A DNA stretch of 63,416 nt, counting the filler, from Octopus bimaculoides (Eukaryota): NCBI RefSeq assembly GCF_001194135.2. It is 3 parts of 3 records of this genome, joined end to end, with 100 filler letters (N's around TTAATTAATTAA, not from the genome) between each part and the next. Parts side by side here need not be neighbours in the genome. Positions count along the whole stretch, not along the records: positions 31,144 to 56,915 come from NC_068981.1; 2 more parts are not named here. One strand, given 5' to 3'. The notes under the pieces are model-generated. The model was not told where the DNA came from and did no database searches. It worked only from the letters and a program-made list of their open reading frames with translations. A program made the translations under genes and the position numbers. The stretch's first letter is position 1, and each line of letters begins with the position of its first letter. Positions 36,971-49,055 of the stretch are shown one piece after another.

Positions 36971-39595
36971 TACACCCATATATGTATGTATATAGATTTA
37001 TGTAGATATTTCTTCACATGTGGTTATTGTGTGAATGAAAAAGTAAGAAAATTTAACAAAATATAAAATGATAATGAAATGCTAATATTTACACGAAATT
37101 ATAATTTCTTTTCTGAAAATGATAATTTCTGTCGTTTTCTTTATTTCTTGCATTTTCTTCTTCTCTTTTTGAAAGAGAAGAAGGAGGAGGAGAAAGAATG
37201 TGGTTGATGGTGTGTATCTTCTCTGTGTTATTTCACAAAAGACATTTTAGCGACATCAGCTCAATGATAACACCATTCATTCTTCAAATTCTAAAAAGCT
37301 GGTTCATTCCATTGTTTGGCAAAAACATACCAAACATTTTTTATGTGTATATAATATGTGTGTGCGCGCGTGTGTGTATACATATTAAAATTATATATCT
37401 CTTAATGCATGTAACCACAATCATTGTGTGTATAATATATGTTTGTGTGTGTTTATGAATGTATATCAAAATTATATCTCTTAAAAAGTATGTAATCATA
37501 ATTATAGTATGTATATATGCTATACAAATATTACATAAATACACACGCGTGTGTAACTATCAATGTGTATAATTATATAGATATAATAAACATAAGTAAT
37601 AAATATTACATACTTACACATACATATACAAATGAACATCAATACATAGATTATACGCAAGAATATATTGAATGACTACATATGCAAACATAAAAGACGT
37701 ATTGTAACGTAAATGTACATTAAAATTTATAGGTTATTTATGTGTTTATGTATATTGTGTGTGTTTCGTGTTTGTGTGTGTGCGTGTGTGTGTGTATTTA
37801 TTAGTTTTTACTTACTGGATTGCGGTCAAGTTGAATCAACCCTTTCAAGGGTTTCCTCGATTGTATCGACCCGCTTCTTAAGTGATCCATGTCTATTTAT
37901 CGAAGACATACGTCACGTGACATATATAGGGAGATAAAAAAAACATAAGCGAGAACAGTTTTTCCAGATCAGTCTAAAGCATAAAATGTAACACACGCAC
38001 ATACACACACACGCTCGCACGCACGCACGCACACACACAAATACACAAACACACGCACACACACATGCGCGGGCGAACGCACATACATAAACACATATTT
38101 ATATAATGAGGGTCCCTCACTTCGAATTTGACGGATAAAGGCCCCGTTCATCGAGTGACGATACAATCTGCCCATTGAATTAGCGCTCAAAGTCGGTAAG
38201 CATTCTACGGGCACGCTATCCAAACATGACATCTACCTTTCTATCTATATAATAGGGAGCAAGAAATCATGTCACAAACTTCATTGGCTTACATCTGTTT
38301 CTGCTATAGAATGCGATCGACTGATAATTGCGAATCAACTTACAGCTTCGTCTGAGATTCAACAATACGTATATATTGAGTTCTGACACCAGATTATTAG
38401 TGTTAGTATGCCTAAGCGAAATTTGAATATATATATATATATATANNNNNNNNNNNNNNNNNNNNNNNNNNNNNNNNNNNNNNNNNNNNNNNNNNNNNNN
38501 NNNNNNNNNNNNNNNNNNNNNNNNNNNNNNNNNNNNNNNNNNNNNNNNNNNNNNNNNNNNNNNNNNNNNNNNNNNNNNNNNNNNNNNNNNNNNNNNNNNN
38601 NNNNNNNNNNNNNNNNNNNNNNNNNNNNNNNNNNNNNNNNNNNNNNNNNNNNNNNNNNNNNNNNNNNNNNNNNNNNNNNNNNNNNNNNNNNNNNNNNNNN
38701 NNNNNNNNNNNNNNNNNNNNNNNNNNNNNNNNNNNNNNNNNNNNNNNNNNNNNNNNNNNNNNNNNNNNNNNNNNNNNNNNNNNNNNNNNNNNNNNNNNNN
38801 NNNNNNNNNNNNNNNNNNNNNNNNNNNNNNNNNNNNNNNNNNNNNNNNNNNNNNNNNNNNNNNNNNNNNNNNNNNNNNNNNNNNNNNNNNNNNNNNNNNN
38901 NNNNNNNNNNNNNNNNNNNNNNNNNNNNNNNNNNNNNNNNNNNNNNNNNNNNNNNNNNNNNNNNNNNNNNNNNNNNNNNNNNNNNNNNNNNNNNNNNNNN
39001 NNNNNNNNNNNNNNNNNNNNNNNNNNNNNNNNNNNNNNNNNNNNNNNNNNNNNNNNNNNNNNNNNNNNNTGTGTGTGTACACGACAAGCTTCTCTCAGTT
39101 TCCGTCTACCAAATCCACTCACGAGGCTTTGATCGGCCCGAGGCTATAGTAGAAGACACTTGCCCAAAGTACCACACAGTGGGACTGAACGTGGAACCAT
39201 GTGGTTGGTAAGCAAACTTGATGGAAAGGAATTTTTATTTGACGCAGGACCGCTCGATGAGCGGACATTACGAGAACATAGAGACATTGAAGGGCCCACA
39301 CATCAGGAACGTTCTGGGGTCGATTTTCTCCAGCATGGCCGCAGTCAAATGACTGAAACAAGTAAAAGAGTATGTGAGTTCGTGTGTTGAAGCATATTCT
39401 GTTGTCTGGGGAGAGTCATTTTCTTTTTGTGCCTTATAATTTAATACATTCACCGGTAAAATTTCCACTTATTTCTTATTTTTATTTTCCTAAAAATTTC
39501 GTTGCGTCTTGCAACCTTTTCAATAGTTTTGACTCTATATTGTGTTAGCCAGAATCACAAATAGAGCACAGATTTAGTATTCGCCTACATTTTTT

Positions 39596-39831
39596 TAAAA
39601 ATTTCTTTATTGCCCAAAAGGGGCTAAACACAGAGGGGACAAACAAGGACAGACAAAGGGATTAAGTCGATTACATCAATCCCAGTGCGTAACTGGTACT
39701 TAATTTATCGACCCCGAAAGGATGAAAGGCAAAGTCGACCTCGGCGGAATTTGAACTCAGAACGTAACGGCAGACGAAATACTGCTAAGCATTTCGCCCG
39801 GCGTGCTAACGCTTCTGCCAGCTCACCGCCT
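39596..39831 (-). mobile_element. Full-length Nin-type SINE with 18-bp TSD
   Basis: TATTCGCCTACATTTTTT at 39578-39595 and 39832-39849. Confidence 0.92.
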
Positions 39832-39912
39832 TATTCGCCTACATTTTTTGAATCCCTATTCCCTAAACGTATACATTCATGCATACTTACATATACCTAC
39901 ACACACACATAT

Positions 39913-39944
<32 letters not shown>

Positions 39945-40461
39945 TCACACACACACATGCATACATATAAATGTGTGCGCGTGTGTATGTGTGTGTATAT
40001 TAGATAAATGTATGTATTCACACTTATATGTGTGTGTGTGCATGTAATCACACATGCATGTATGTATATATATATATATATATATAAGTGTGTGCGCGCG
40101 CGTGTGTTCTTGCCGTGAGCGCCTGTATATCGCAATATAAAAATTGAAAAATACGTTAAAAAGCTACCAACTAGAAGCGCTAATCCTATACAAAAATATA
40201 AACTTGTTACCAGCTCAAATATACTTCAGACCTGTTCGAACCCGCAAGGAAGCTATTCACTGCATTTTATCGTGGTGACCTTTTCATACCTCTTCATATC
40301 TTTTTGTCTACAGTGAGAATTGTTATTCGTGACAAAGGCTTTCTTACGGATTCGAACATGTCTCAAATATATTTGAACTGGTAACAAGTTCATTGTTAGA
40401 AAGATATATTTTACATGGTTTAAGCATTTCCTGGTGAAGAAACCAATACTCTGGAAAGAGT

Positions 40462-40846
40462 GTTGTTGTTGGCACTCCGTCGCTTACGACGACGATGGTT
40501 CCAGTTGATCCGATCAACGGAACAGCCTGCTCGTGAAATTAACGTGCAAGTGGTTGAGCACTCCACAAACACGTGTACCCTTAACGTAGTTCTCGGGGAT
40601 ATTCAGCGTGACACAGTGTGACAAGGCTGGCCCTTTGAAATACGGGTCAACAGAAACAGGAAGAAAGAGTGAGAGAAAGTTGTGGTGAAAGAGTACAGCA
40701 GGGTTCGCCACCATCCCCTGCCGGAGCTTCGTGGAGCTTTTAGGTGTTTTCGCTCAATAAACACTCACAACACCCGGTCTGGGAATCGAAACCGCAATCC
40801 TATGACCGCGAGTTCGCTGCCCTAACCACTGGGCCATTGCGCCTCC
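40462..40846 (-). mobile_element. Full-length tRNA-derived SINE with (CAA)n tail and 14-bp TSD
   Basis: ACTCTGGAAAGAGT at 40448-40461 and 40847-40860. Head GGAGGCGCAATGGCCCAGTGGTTAGGG...GGTTTCGATTCCC (A/B boxes). Confidence 0.92.
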
Positions 40847-40883
40847 ACTCTGGAAAGAGTAGATAGCTATGTTTATGATAGTA

Positions 40884-41116
40884 CAGGGATGGCCAAAAGT
40901 CACCTGACAGTAAATCAAACCTATTTAAGTCCAAGATATTTTATGTTTAACAACTGAATGAATTTAATAAAAGCATCTAAATATGAAACATCATGAAAAT
41001 TGTTCAAACTGAAGTCCTTCTTGAGTGCTACCATTTTTCCAAATGAATAAATAAAATTGAATATTAAGCATTTATAGAATTTTAATTTACTGTCGGGTGA
41101 CTTTTGGCCAACCCTG
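40884..41116. mobile_element. Tc1/mariner-type MITE
   Basis: 32-bp TIR CAGGG(A/T)TGGCCAAAAGTCACC(T/C)GACAGTAAAT with 2 mismatches; TA on the left, TT on the right. Confidence 0.85.
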
Positions 41117-41540
41117 TTAGACATTTTACAGGCAAGTCATAGTTTCGCTGATAGAGCGAGCTAGAGAAGAAAAAGGGAGAAAGAGAGAGAGAGAGAAAGA
41201 GAAAGAGAGTGAGAGAGCGGAGAGTTTTCGTACACAAACGTGTGTATGTGTAGGCGTCTTTGTTCATGTGACCTTTCATAATACCCAGTAACTAAATAAA
41301 AAATATCTTTTGGTGAGTCGATGAGGAAACCTCTACAAGATGGCGCTCGAGTGGCCAAATCTTGCCGAAACTAAACCTCATTGTCTTAAAAAAGGGAATG
41401 ACATATTGGATAACGACCGAAAATGATAGTTCTCTTTTATTTTCGCTACTACTTCCTAGAGCCTGCTCTGAACATGTTTGTCATCTAATAATTTTCTGCT
41501 TGCAAAAATTTAGGTTGAATGTTACTTGAATATCAATATT

Positions 41541-41965
41541 GCTTTCAAATTTTGGTACAAGGCCAGCAATTTCAGGGTTAGGAGTAAGCCGATTACATCG
41601 ACTCCAGTGCTCAACTGGCAATTATCTGATCGATTACGAAAGGACGAAAGGTAAAGTCGGCCTCGGCGGAAGAATTTGAACTCAGAATATAAAGACGGAC
41701 GAAATACCGCTAAGCTAACGATTCTATCAGCTCGTTGCCTTACTTGAATATCAATATTACCAGTGTCATTAAGGCGGTGAGCTGGCAGAATTGCTAGTAC
41801 GCCTGGCGTCTTTACGTTCTGAGTTCAAATTCCACAGGGTCGACTTTGCCTCTCATCTCTTTCCTGGTCGATAAAATAAGTACCAGTTGAGCACTGGGGT
41901 CGAGGTAATCGATTTATTCCCTTCCCCTCCGAAATTGCTGGACTTGTGCTAAAATTTGAAACCAA
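41541..41965. mobile_element. Head-to-head inverted pair of Nin-type SINEs
   Basis: Minus copy 41541-41739 with 19-bp TSD TTACTTGAATATCAATATT (41522-40 / 41740-58); plus copy at about 41770-41965. Confidence 0.88.
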
Positions 41966-42391
41966 TGTTACCAACGTTAACTAAGCTATACTGCTATGTC
42001 TCGGGCACCAGTCGTTTTATGGGTACCGTCTCTCTTCCTCATACTAATTAATAAAATATAAGATAGAGAACACACACATATGCACATAATCTTGAGGGTA
42101 TATTCGTACTTCCTTACGAACCTTCTCTGCTGTAATGTATGTGAGTGCATATTTATATGCTTCTATACAGAAATGGAACAAAACTTCGATAGAAAATACA
42201 TAGATATATTTCATTTTCAACATTACAGATATTGTTATAACCATTAATATCCTAATATTATTAATGTTCATCTTTTCTTTCACAAATGTGGTTAATTTCT
42301 TTTAAAACTGGTATCTTACCGGTAATCTAAATGATTTTTCTATTTGTGTTGCTTTCCTCGATAGATATTGCGCACTCGATTCATTTAGATG

Positions 42392-43210
42392 TTAAGCCTC
42401 ATTGCTTCTGAGTCTTTGAGTGCTTCTTGTGCAAACGACAAAATTTGAATTCTTCGAAAGCATCTTTTCATTTGATTTTGATATTTCCGTGGAATTTCTA
42501 TCACTATTTGTTAAACTTTGTTGACTTCTTAATGCGTAAAACGGTTTGCTTCTCTCTATCTTTGGAACAGAACTTCTTGTTACCGAAAATTTCTTTACTA
42601 CATCGATATTCTGAGAGCGAAAATCGTTGAATGTCTCATTGTTAGTTTTCTTCGAATTCGTTTTGAGATTGATGTATTTTTTTCTCGTTAAACTAGTGAT
42701 TTTGACTCGTTGTTTCCTACGTTTCCATAATTTCAAAATTCGACAGCAATGACGCAAAATACCCACAAGACTAACAAAAAAGAAGAAAATTGTACAGCTA
42801 TTCAATGTTAACATTTTTTGATTAACTTCTAACAGGAATTTCCAGAGGCTTATTATGGCAAAACACAACAATATAACAATCAACCATAAATCGCATTTGA
42901 ATTGTTGTTTCTCTTCAGTTGTACCAGGATTTCTAATAAATTCCATAAACGATACAGAACGTCGCCGAAGAATATATTTAAAGCCACATATTTCACACTT
43001 TTGGGCACTGGAATAGATCAGCCAACGTTCCAGACAAGACACATGTACTTGTCCTACTGAACCGATGCAGTAACAAGGAGAGATAAGTCTCTTGTTAGGT
43101 TTGCCGACTTCAAGACATATGCGACAAAAAGAGGTACTGTTATAAAGCCATTTACTGGTCGCATCAGTCTTACAACTTTGTTTGGTGAAAGACCTTTCTG
43201 CATCTTTCAT
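42392..43210 (-). CDS. MARCH-family membrane-associated RING-CH E3 ubiquitin ligase (MARCH2/3-like), single-exon ORF, 272 aa
   Basis: CRIC..SPCYC.GS...VHVSCLERWL....KCEICGF (all 8 C4HC3 ligands), followed by two hydrophobic helices (LWLIVILLCFAIISLWKF; CTIFFFFVSLVGIL) and a basic low-complexity tail. Uninterrupted from ATG to stop. Confidence 0.9.
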   Translation of the reverse strand: MKDAERSFTKQSCKTDATSKWLYNSTSFCRICLEVGKPNKRLISPCYCIGSVGQVHVSCLERWLIYSSAQKCEICGFKYILRRRSVSFMEFIRNPGTTEEKQQFKCDLWLIVILLCFAIISLWKFLLEVNQKMLTLNSCTIFFFFVSLVGILRHCCRILKLWKRRKQRVKITSLTRKKYINLKTNSKKTNNETFNDFRSQNIDVVKKFSVTRSSVPKIERSKPFYALRSQQSLTNSDRNSTEISKSNEKMLSKNSNFVVCTRSTQRLRSNEA

Positions 43211-43847
43211 TTTCGAGAAGATAATGTGAAATATAAATTCGATATAATATGAGTATATGTTGAGCTCTGATTAAAAATGTACATGAGGTTAACTACTTGG
43301 TGATCAAAATGCATTTGAGAGCGGTTAATAACAGACATCTAATATCGAGTATTTCGTAACGTCAATAGCAGCTTATTGTTTATTGTGACGTCGCTAACGA
43401 AAAATTATGTTAATCACAGCATGTAATATAAACATGAAGGTATATTTACTACTATCTGAATAATCGTGGTTTATGATTTATATGTGAGAGGATGAACAAA
43501 ATACATGTACACAAAATGTCTATGTATAAATATTTAGGAATATGAATTTGTTTACAGAATCTTGTATAATCTAATCTGATTTCAGATGCAAATAGAACAT
43601 CTTTCTATCAGTCTGTCTGTCTGTCCGTCCGTCCGTCCGTTCGTCTGTATCTCTTTGTCTATTTCTATGTGTGTGTGCGCGCGCGCGTCCGTGTCTGTGT
43701 CTATGTGCGCGTGGGTATGCGTACGTGTGTATTTTTGCGTATTGTATATGGTATGTATTGTATTGAAACACGACTATATTTTCTGTTTTCGTATGAGTTT
43801 CTTACATTTCGTTTGAAACAGTAAAGGTCCCTAATAGATTGTCGCAG

Positions 43848-44071
43848 TGTCGTATTCAGAATGTGGACTGTTATTGACGCATGTAACTGATTCTTTTATG
43901 CTAGGTTTAAGTGTAGATTTATCGCCAGAATATTTTGATACTCTCTCACAGGAATTTATAAATTTAATCGTAAAGGTATTCGTCAAGAGTCACAGTGAGG
44001 TTAATAATGATGGATTTCAGAGTTTCAAAGTTCCAAAAGACCTGCGAAATGTTTATAAGAAAATACGCTGA
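43848..44071 (+). CDS. Candidate exon resembling the N-terminal half of a SEA domain
   Basis: CCCTAAT branch-like site, gtcgcag| acceptor and an open frame LGLSVDLSPEYFDTLSQEFINLIVKVF, reminiscent of the SEA F..EL.D..S.EF..L motif. Possible internal donor AAG|gtattc. Confidence 0.3.
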
Positions 44072-44299
44072 AGAAAAGAAAGAAAAAAGAGAGAAATAAA
44101 ACTAAAATGTGTCTGAAATATTTTCTGGACCTAAAAGGAAAAGCTAGTGTGCAAAATGCTGTCGTAGCTATGCTCAAGATGTGTTTTTACTAGGACAGAT
44201 CCTCGGTTATAGTAAGGGCGACTGTTGGAGCTCTAGTTATGCCACTGTTGGGGTGACTGTTGGAGTGACTGTTGGAATAAATGCAGGTTCGGCGTGTGA

Positions 44300-44500
44300 T
44301 GTCTCGCTAGAGTATGGATAATGCATGGTAGCAATGACGGTTCGTATTATGTCTCTGAGTGGGTGTTGATGGATGTGGCGGCAAGGACGTCATGCATGTT
44401 TAAAATGAAGAGAATGGGAGGCAGAACAGAACCCTGGAGAACACCAGAATTAATTGAGAATAGGCAGAAAGAAATCTGTCAACACAATGCTGCTTGGTAA
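44300..44500 (-). mobile_element. CR1/Jockey-group LINE reverse transcriptase relic
   Basis: INSGVLQGSVLPPILFILNMHDVLAATSINTHSE, approx. SGVPQGSVL.P.LF...INDL......IHSYADD. Confidence 0.75.
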
Positions 44501-45291
44501 CCGATAAAAAAAAGAACGTTTAAAATTTTAATAAATGAACTTTATAGCCGATGTTTCGTTTGTAGAAAGCCATTGGTACAACCATAACAGTAAATGTTAC
44601 AAAATATGGCTGGAAAATCTGGTGGGGTAGTACTCTAGCTATTTCTCAATTTCTTCCCTGGTTTGTCGAATTCAATTCTTTTAAATTTTACATTTTTCAT
44701 TATATTTCTCATTCGAGGTCATCATTCGAGGTCATCATTCGAGGTCGTCATTTGAGACCACTCACACTCTTCTGCAATGCTGTCGCAATCAGACAGTCAT
44801 CTTCACTGAGATGTCGTTTGATAGAGTTAATATAAAGGGTTCTTTTTCGGCAGTCCTTTTCGAAAGCATCTGCATTTCAGAACCTCGTAGAGATAGAAAG
44901 AGAGAGGGGGGGGGAGTATTTTCTGTCTAGTAAATTCACTTGCAAGACATTGATTGGTCATCCTCGGACTATAGTAGAAGATATTTACCCAAGGTTGTGC
45001 GCAGGGAGACTAAACCCGAAACCACGTAGTTTAGAAGCAAACTACTTGACCATACAGCCACGTTATCTTTTATCTTTTACCTCTTCCAATCATTAGACTG
45101 CGGTCATGCTGGTGCAGCGTCTTCAAGAATTTTTAGTCGAAAGAATCGACCCCAACACTTCATTATTTTGTTAAGCCTGGTGTTTATTCTATCGGGCTGT
45201 TTTGCCGAACCGCTAGATTACGGGGACATAAACACATCATCACCGGTTGTCAAACGGTGGCGGGGGCAAATACATACACAAAGATACACAC

Positions 45292-45331
<40 letters not shown>

Positions 45332-47289
45332 ACACGCACATGCACGCATGTATGTATGTATGTATGTATGTATGTATGTATGTATGCATGTATGTATAAG
45401 TCGCAACCGGGTGCTATTCCGTTTCTGCCAATTTTCTACAGAGAAGCATAAGGTAAAACTAAAAACTAAAAATAAATAAATAAATAAAACCAAAATAAAT
45501 ACAAAAATATAAAGGTCAATTTATAGGAGAGTAAACAGCATTTCATAAGATATTAAATATCTTCATATCTTTCGCTTGCTTGACCCGACTATCCTTTCTG
45601 CTTAAATCCTCTCCTGCAACATCTGTATCCGATCAAACATTGCATGCCCACATCAATATTTTAGCGGCTCCCATCTAACACGTAAACAAATAAATTACAT
45701 GGGAGTTTTAATCGCCATTTGACTTCATTTGACATTGCCACTCTCTCCTGAAACTTTGACACTATGTCGGCATTAAGTTGTTATGAGATTTCAAGCGCAC
45801 TTTATTTATTTTTCATTGATATCCCCCACTTACCAATAACTAAATGATAATACGAAAAACAAAAAAAAAAAAAACAATAGGGTTAGAAAGAGTGATATAG
45901 AGAGATAGGCATATATTTAGAGAGAGAGAGATACACATATAAGCACACACTCATATGCATACGCATATCTAGATANNNNNNNNNNNNNNNNNNNNNNNNN
46001 NNNNNNNNNNNNNNNNNNNNNNNNNNNNNNNNNNNNNNNNNNNNNNNNNNNNNNNNNNNNNNNNNNNNNNNNNNNNNNNNNNNNNNNNNNNNNNNNNNNN
46101 NNNNNNNNNNNNNNNNNNNNNNNNNNNNNNNNNNNNNNNNNNNNNNNNNNNNNNNNNNNNNNNNNNNNNNNNNNNNNNNNNNNNNNNNNNNNNNNNNNNN
46201 NNNNNNNNNNNNNNNNNNNNNNNNNNNNNNNNNNNNTATATATATATATATATATATATATATGGGGAGAGGGAGATAGAGAGAGAGAGAAAGAAAGAGA
46301 GAAGAGTGAGAGACAGAACAAGCAATCAGAGCTGCAGGAATAATCGTCGTATGAATGAATACATGTAAATGTATATGTTGTTGTCAAGCGTTTATTGAAG
46401 TGATATTTCTAATGTTGAAGCATCCATTTAATCTGCAACAGAAATGCCATTGACTTTACATTGGTCTTGTGCTCTTCCGAATTCAACAGAAGTTATCTAT
46501 AAAGTATGCATGCTAGAGATGTCATCTTAAACTACGGAAAATCGTTATTGTTCTATGATGCATTTGTCGTAAAATATCGATGAGTTTATATAGAGAAAGA
46601 GAGGTAAAAGAAGAAAATGCGTAAAAGGAGGATATGAGTATGAATAGAGTAATGATGATGATGATGACGATGATGATGATTATTGTTTCTTTAATTTGCC
46701 ACTGGGGCATCGGATACGGGGTGGGGGACATTACAAGGACAATACTCTCTCTTTTACTCTCTTTTACTTTAGTCGAGGAAATCGACCCCAGGACTTACTC
46801 TTTGTAAGCCTAGTACTTTTTCTATCGGTCTCTTTTTGCTGAACCGCTAAGTTACGGGGACATAAACACACCAGTANNNNNNNNNNCTATAGTAGAAGAC
46901 ACTTGCCCAAAGTGCCACGCAGTGGGACTGAACCCGGAACCATGTGGTTGGTAAGCAAGCTACTTACCACACAGCCACTCCTGCGCCTACAATGATAATA
47001 ATATTTTCAATTCTGACACAAAGCTTACAATTTCGGAGTAGGGGTTAAGTCGACTACATCGGCAGCGGTGTCCAGCCCGTGCTTATTTTATCGAATCCGA
47101 AGCAATGAAAGTCGACTTCACCAGTATTTGAACTCAGAACGCAATGACGGACGAAATGTCGCTAAGCATTTACCCGGCGCGTTTCGCCTGGCGTAGTAAC
47201 GATTCTGTCAGCTCGCCGCCTTAATGATAACAGCAACAACAACAACAACAACAACAAAAACAATAATAGTAATAATAATCTATTCCCCT

Positions 47290-48222
47290 TAAAGCACAAG
47301 GCCTGAAATTTGAGGTGGTGGGGACTAGTCGATAACATCGACTCCAGTATTTCACTGATCCGTAATTTATCGAACTCGAAAAGATGAAACACAAAGTCGA
47401 CCTCGGCGGAATTTGAACTCAGAACGTGTTGTTGCTGAGATCCCCTTCGGTCATGACTGACCATGGGATTGCACCTAGAAAGTTACCCTCCCAAGCACAA
47501 GTCCGGGCAAGGTTGTTTATGGAAGACCAGCAGTCGCCCGTGCTTACTGGCCTCCCCTCTCCACGCCACGGGAAAGGCAAAGGCCGATACAGCTTGGCAC
47601 CTGTGACGTCGCAACTCATTTCTACGNNNNNNNNNNNNNNNNNNNNNNNNNNNNNNNNNNNNNNNNNNNNNNNNNNNNNNNNNNNNNNNNNNNNNNNNNN
47701 NNNNNNNNNNNNNNNNNNNNNNNNNNNNNNNNNNNNNNNNNNNNNNNNNNNNNNNNNNNNNNNNNNNNNNNNNNNNNNNNNNNNNNNNNNNNNNNNNNNN
47801 NNNNNNNNNNNNNNNNNNNNNNNNNNNNNNNNNNNNNNNNNNNNNNNNNNNNNNNNNNNNNNNNNNNNNNNNNNNNNNNNNNNNNNNNNNNNNNNNNNNN
47901 NNNNNNNNNNNNNNNNNNNNNNNNNNNNNNNNNNNNNNNNNNNNNNNNNNNNNNNNNNNNNNNNNNNNNNNNNNNNNNNNNNNNNNNNNNNNNNNNNNNN
48001 NNNNNNNNNNNNNNNNNNNNNNNNNNNNNNNNNNNNNNNNNNNNNNNNNNNNNNNNNNNNNNNNNNNNNNNNNNNNNNNNNNNNNNNNNNNNNNNNNNNN
48101 NNNNNNNNNNNNNNNNNNNNNNNNNNNNNNNNNNNNNNNNNNNNNNNNNNNNNNNNNNNNNNNNNNNNNNNNNNNNNNNNNNNNNTTCGTCTAGCGTGCT
48201 AACCATTCTACCAGCTCGCCAC
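47290..48222 (-). mobile_element. Nin-type SINE interrupted by a second SINE with (CAA)n tail
   Basis: The host breaks at GAACTCAGAACGT (about 47425) and its head resumes at 48187-48222 after the gap. The insert 47426-47626 has an unrelated body. Confidence 0.7.
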
Positions 48223-48223
48223 C

Positions 48224-48294
<71 letters not shown>

Positions 48295-48969
48295 GGAATG
48301 AGCAAGTGTCTCCGCAATGTCGCATCTGCAATAAACTGGATGAAACCATTGCCCATATCAGGAACGAATGCCCTAGACATGTCCAAAACCACTACAAGTT
48401 GTGGCGACAGGACCAGGTAACGAAAGTCCTACATTGGAAACTGTGCGAAAAGTGGGTGCTAGAGAGAGGCAAGACGTGGTATGATCACAACTGCAGAGGG
48501 TAGCGGAGTCGGAGACTAATTCTCTGGGATTTCCCAATCCAAAGACGTCAGGTGCTAGAGCATAACAAACCTGATGCACTATCGAAAAGTTGCACCATAT
48601 ATGCTATATAGTTGATGTTGCACGCCCCTTTGATCCACGAATAGTCAAGAAGGAAGGCGAAACGATAGATAGATACAACCCTCTTAAGTACGAAATAGCC
48701 CGGCTATGTTAAATGAAGAAGGTGAAGATAGTGTCAATTAGTGTTGGGTCTTTGGGGACAGTATCAGAAGATATCAAGAAGAATATAAAGGAAATTGGAA
48801 TAGGGTGCCCGGTAGAACTGTTACAAAAGGTCTGACTCCTTGGCACGGCCAGAACAATGAGGAAAGTATTAAATAGCTGAAAAGAACGAATGACATGGTA
48901 CCGCAGTTAGTAAGCCCGCTACGCATACAAGACTTCAGGTGCTCCAAAAAGAACCTGTGATGAAAAGAA

Positions 48970-48970
<1 letters not shown>
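48295..48970 (+). mobile_element. 5'-truncated R4/Dong retrotransposon inside (TAA)n
   Basis: CRICNKLDETIAHIRNECP (CCHC-type knuckle), LHWKLC, ILWDF...KPD, IVDVARPFDPRIVKKEGETIDRYNPLKYEIARL and LLGTARTMRKVL, with frameshifts. (TAA)n on both sides. Confidence 0.88.
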
Positions 48971-49020
<50 letters not shown>

Positions 49021-49055
49021 TAAAACTACTGAATAATAATAATAATAATAATAAT

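Noticed and set aside
40780-40846. tRNA genes (also the tRNA-like heads near 8090, 15538 and 46990)
   Set aside because: A/B boxes are present but continue into SINE bodies with tails and TSDs; no complete cloverleaf.
44710-44757. CRISPR-like short repeats (CATTCGAGGTCAT x3-4; also 26279-26325)
   Set aside because: Head-to-tail tandem units without unique spacers, in eukaryotic DNA.
44745-44870. Minus-strand short frame AFEKDCRKRTLYINSIKRHLSEDDCLIATALQKSVSGLK*
   Set aside because: Coding-like composition, but no recognisable homology, start codon or partner exon.
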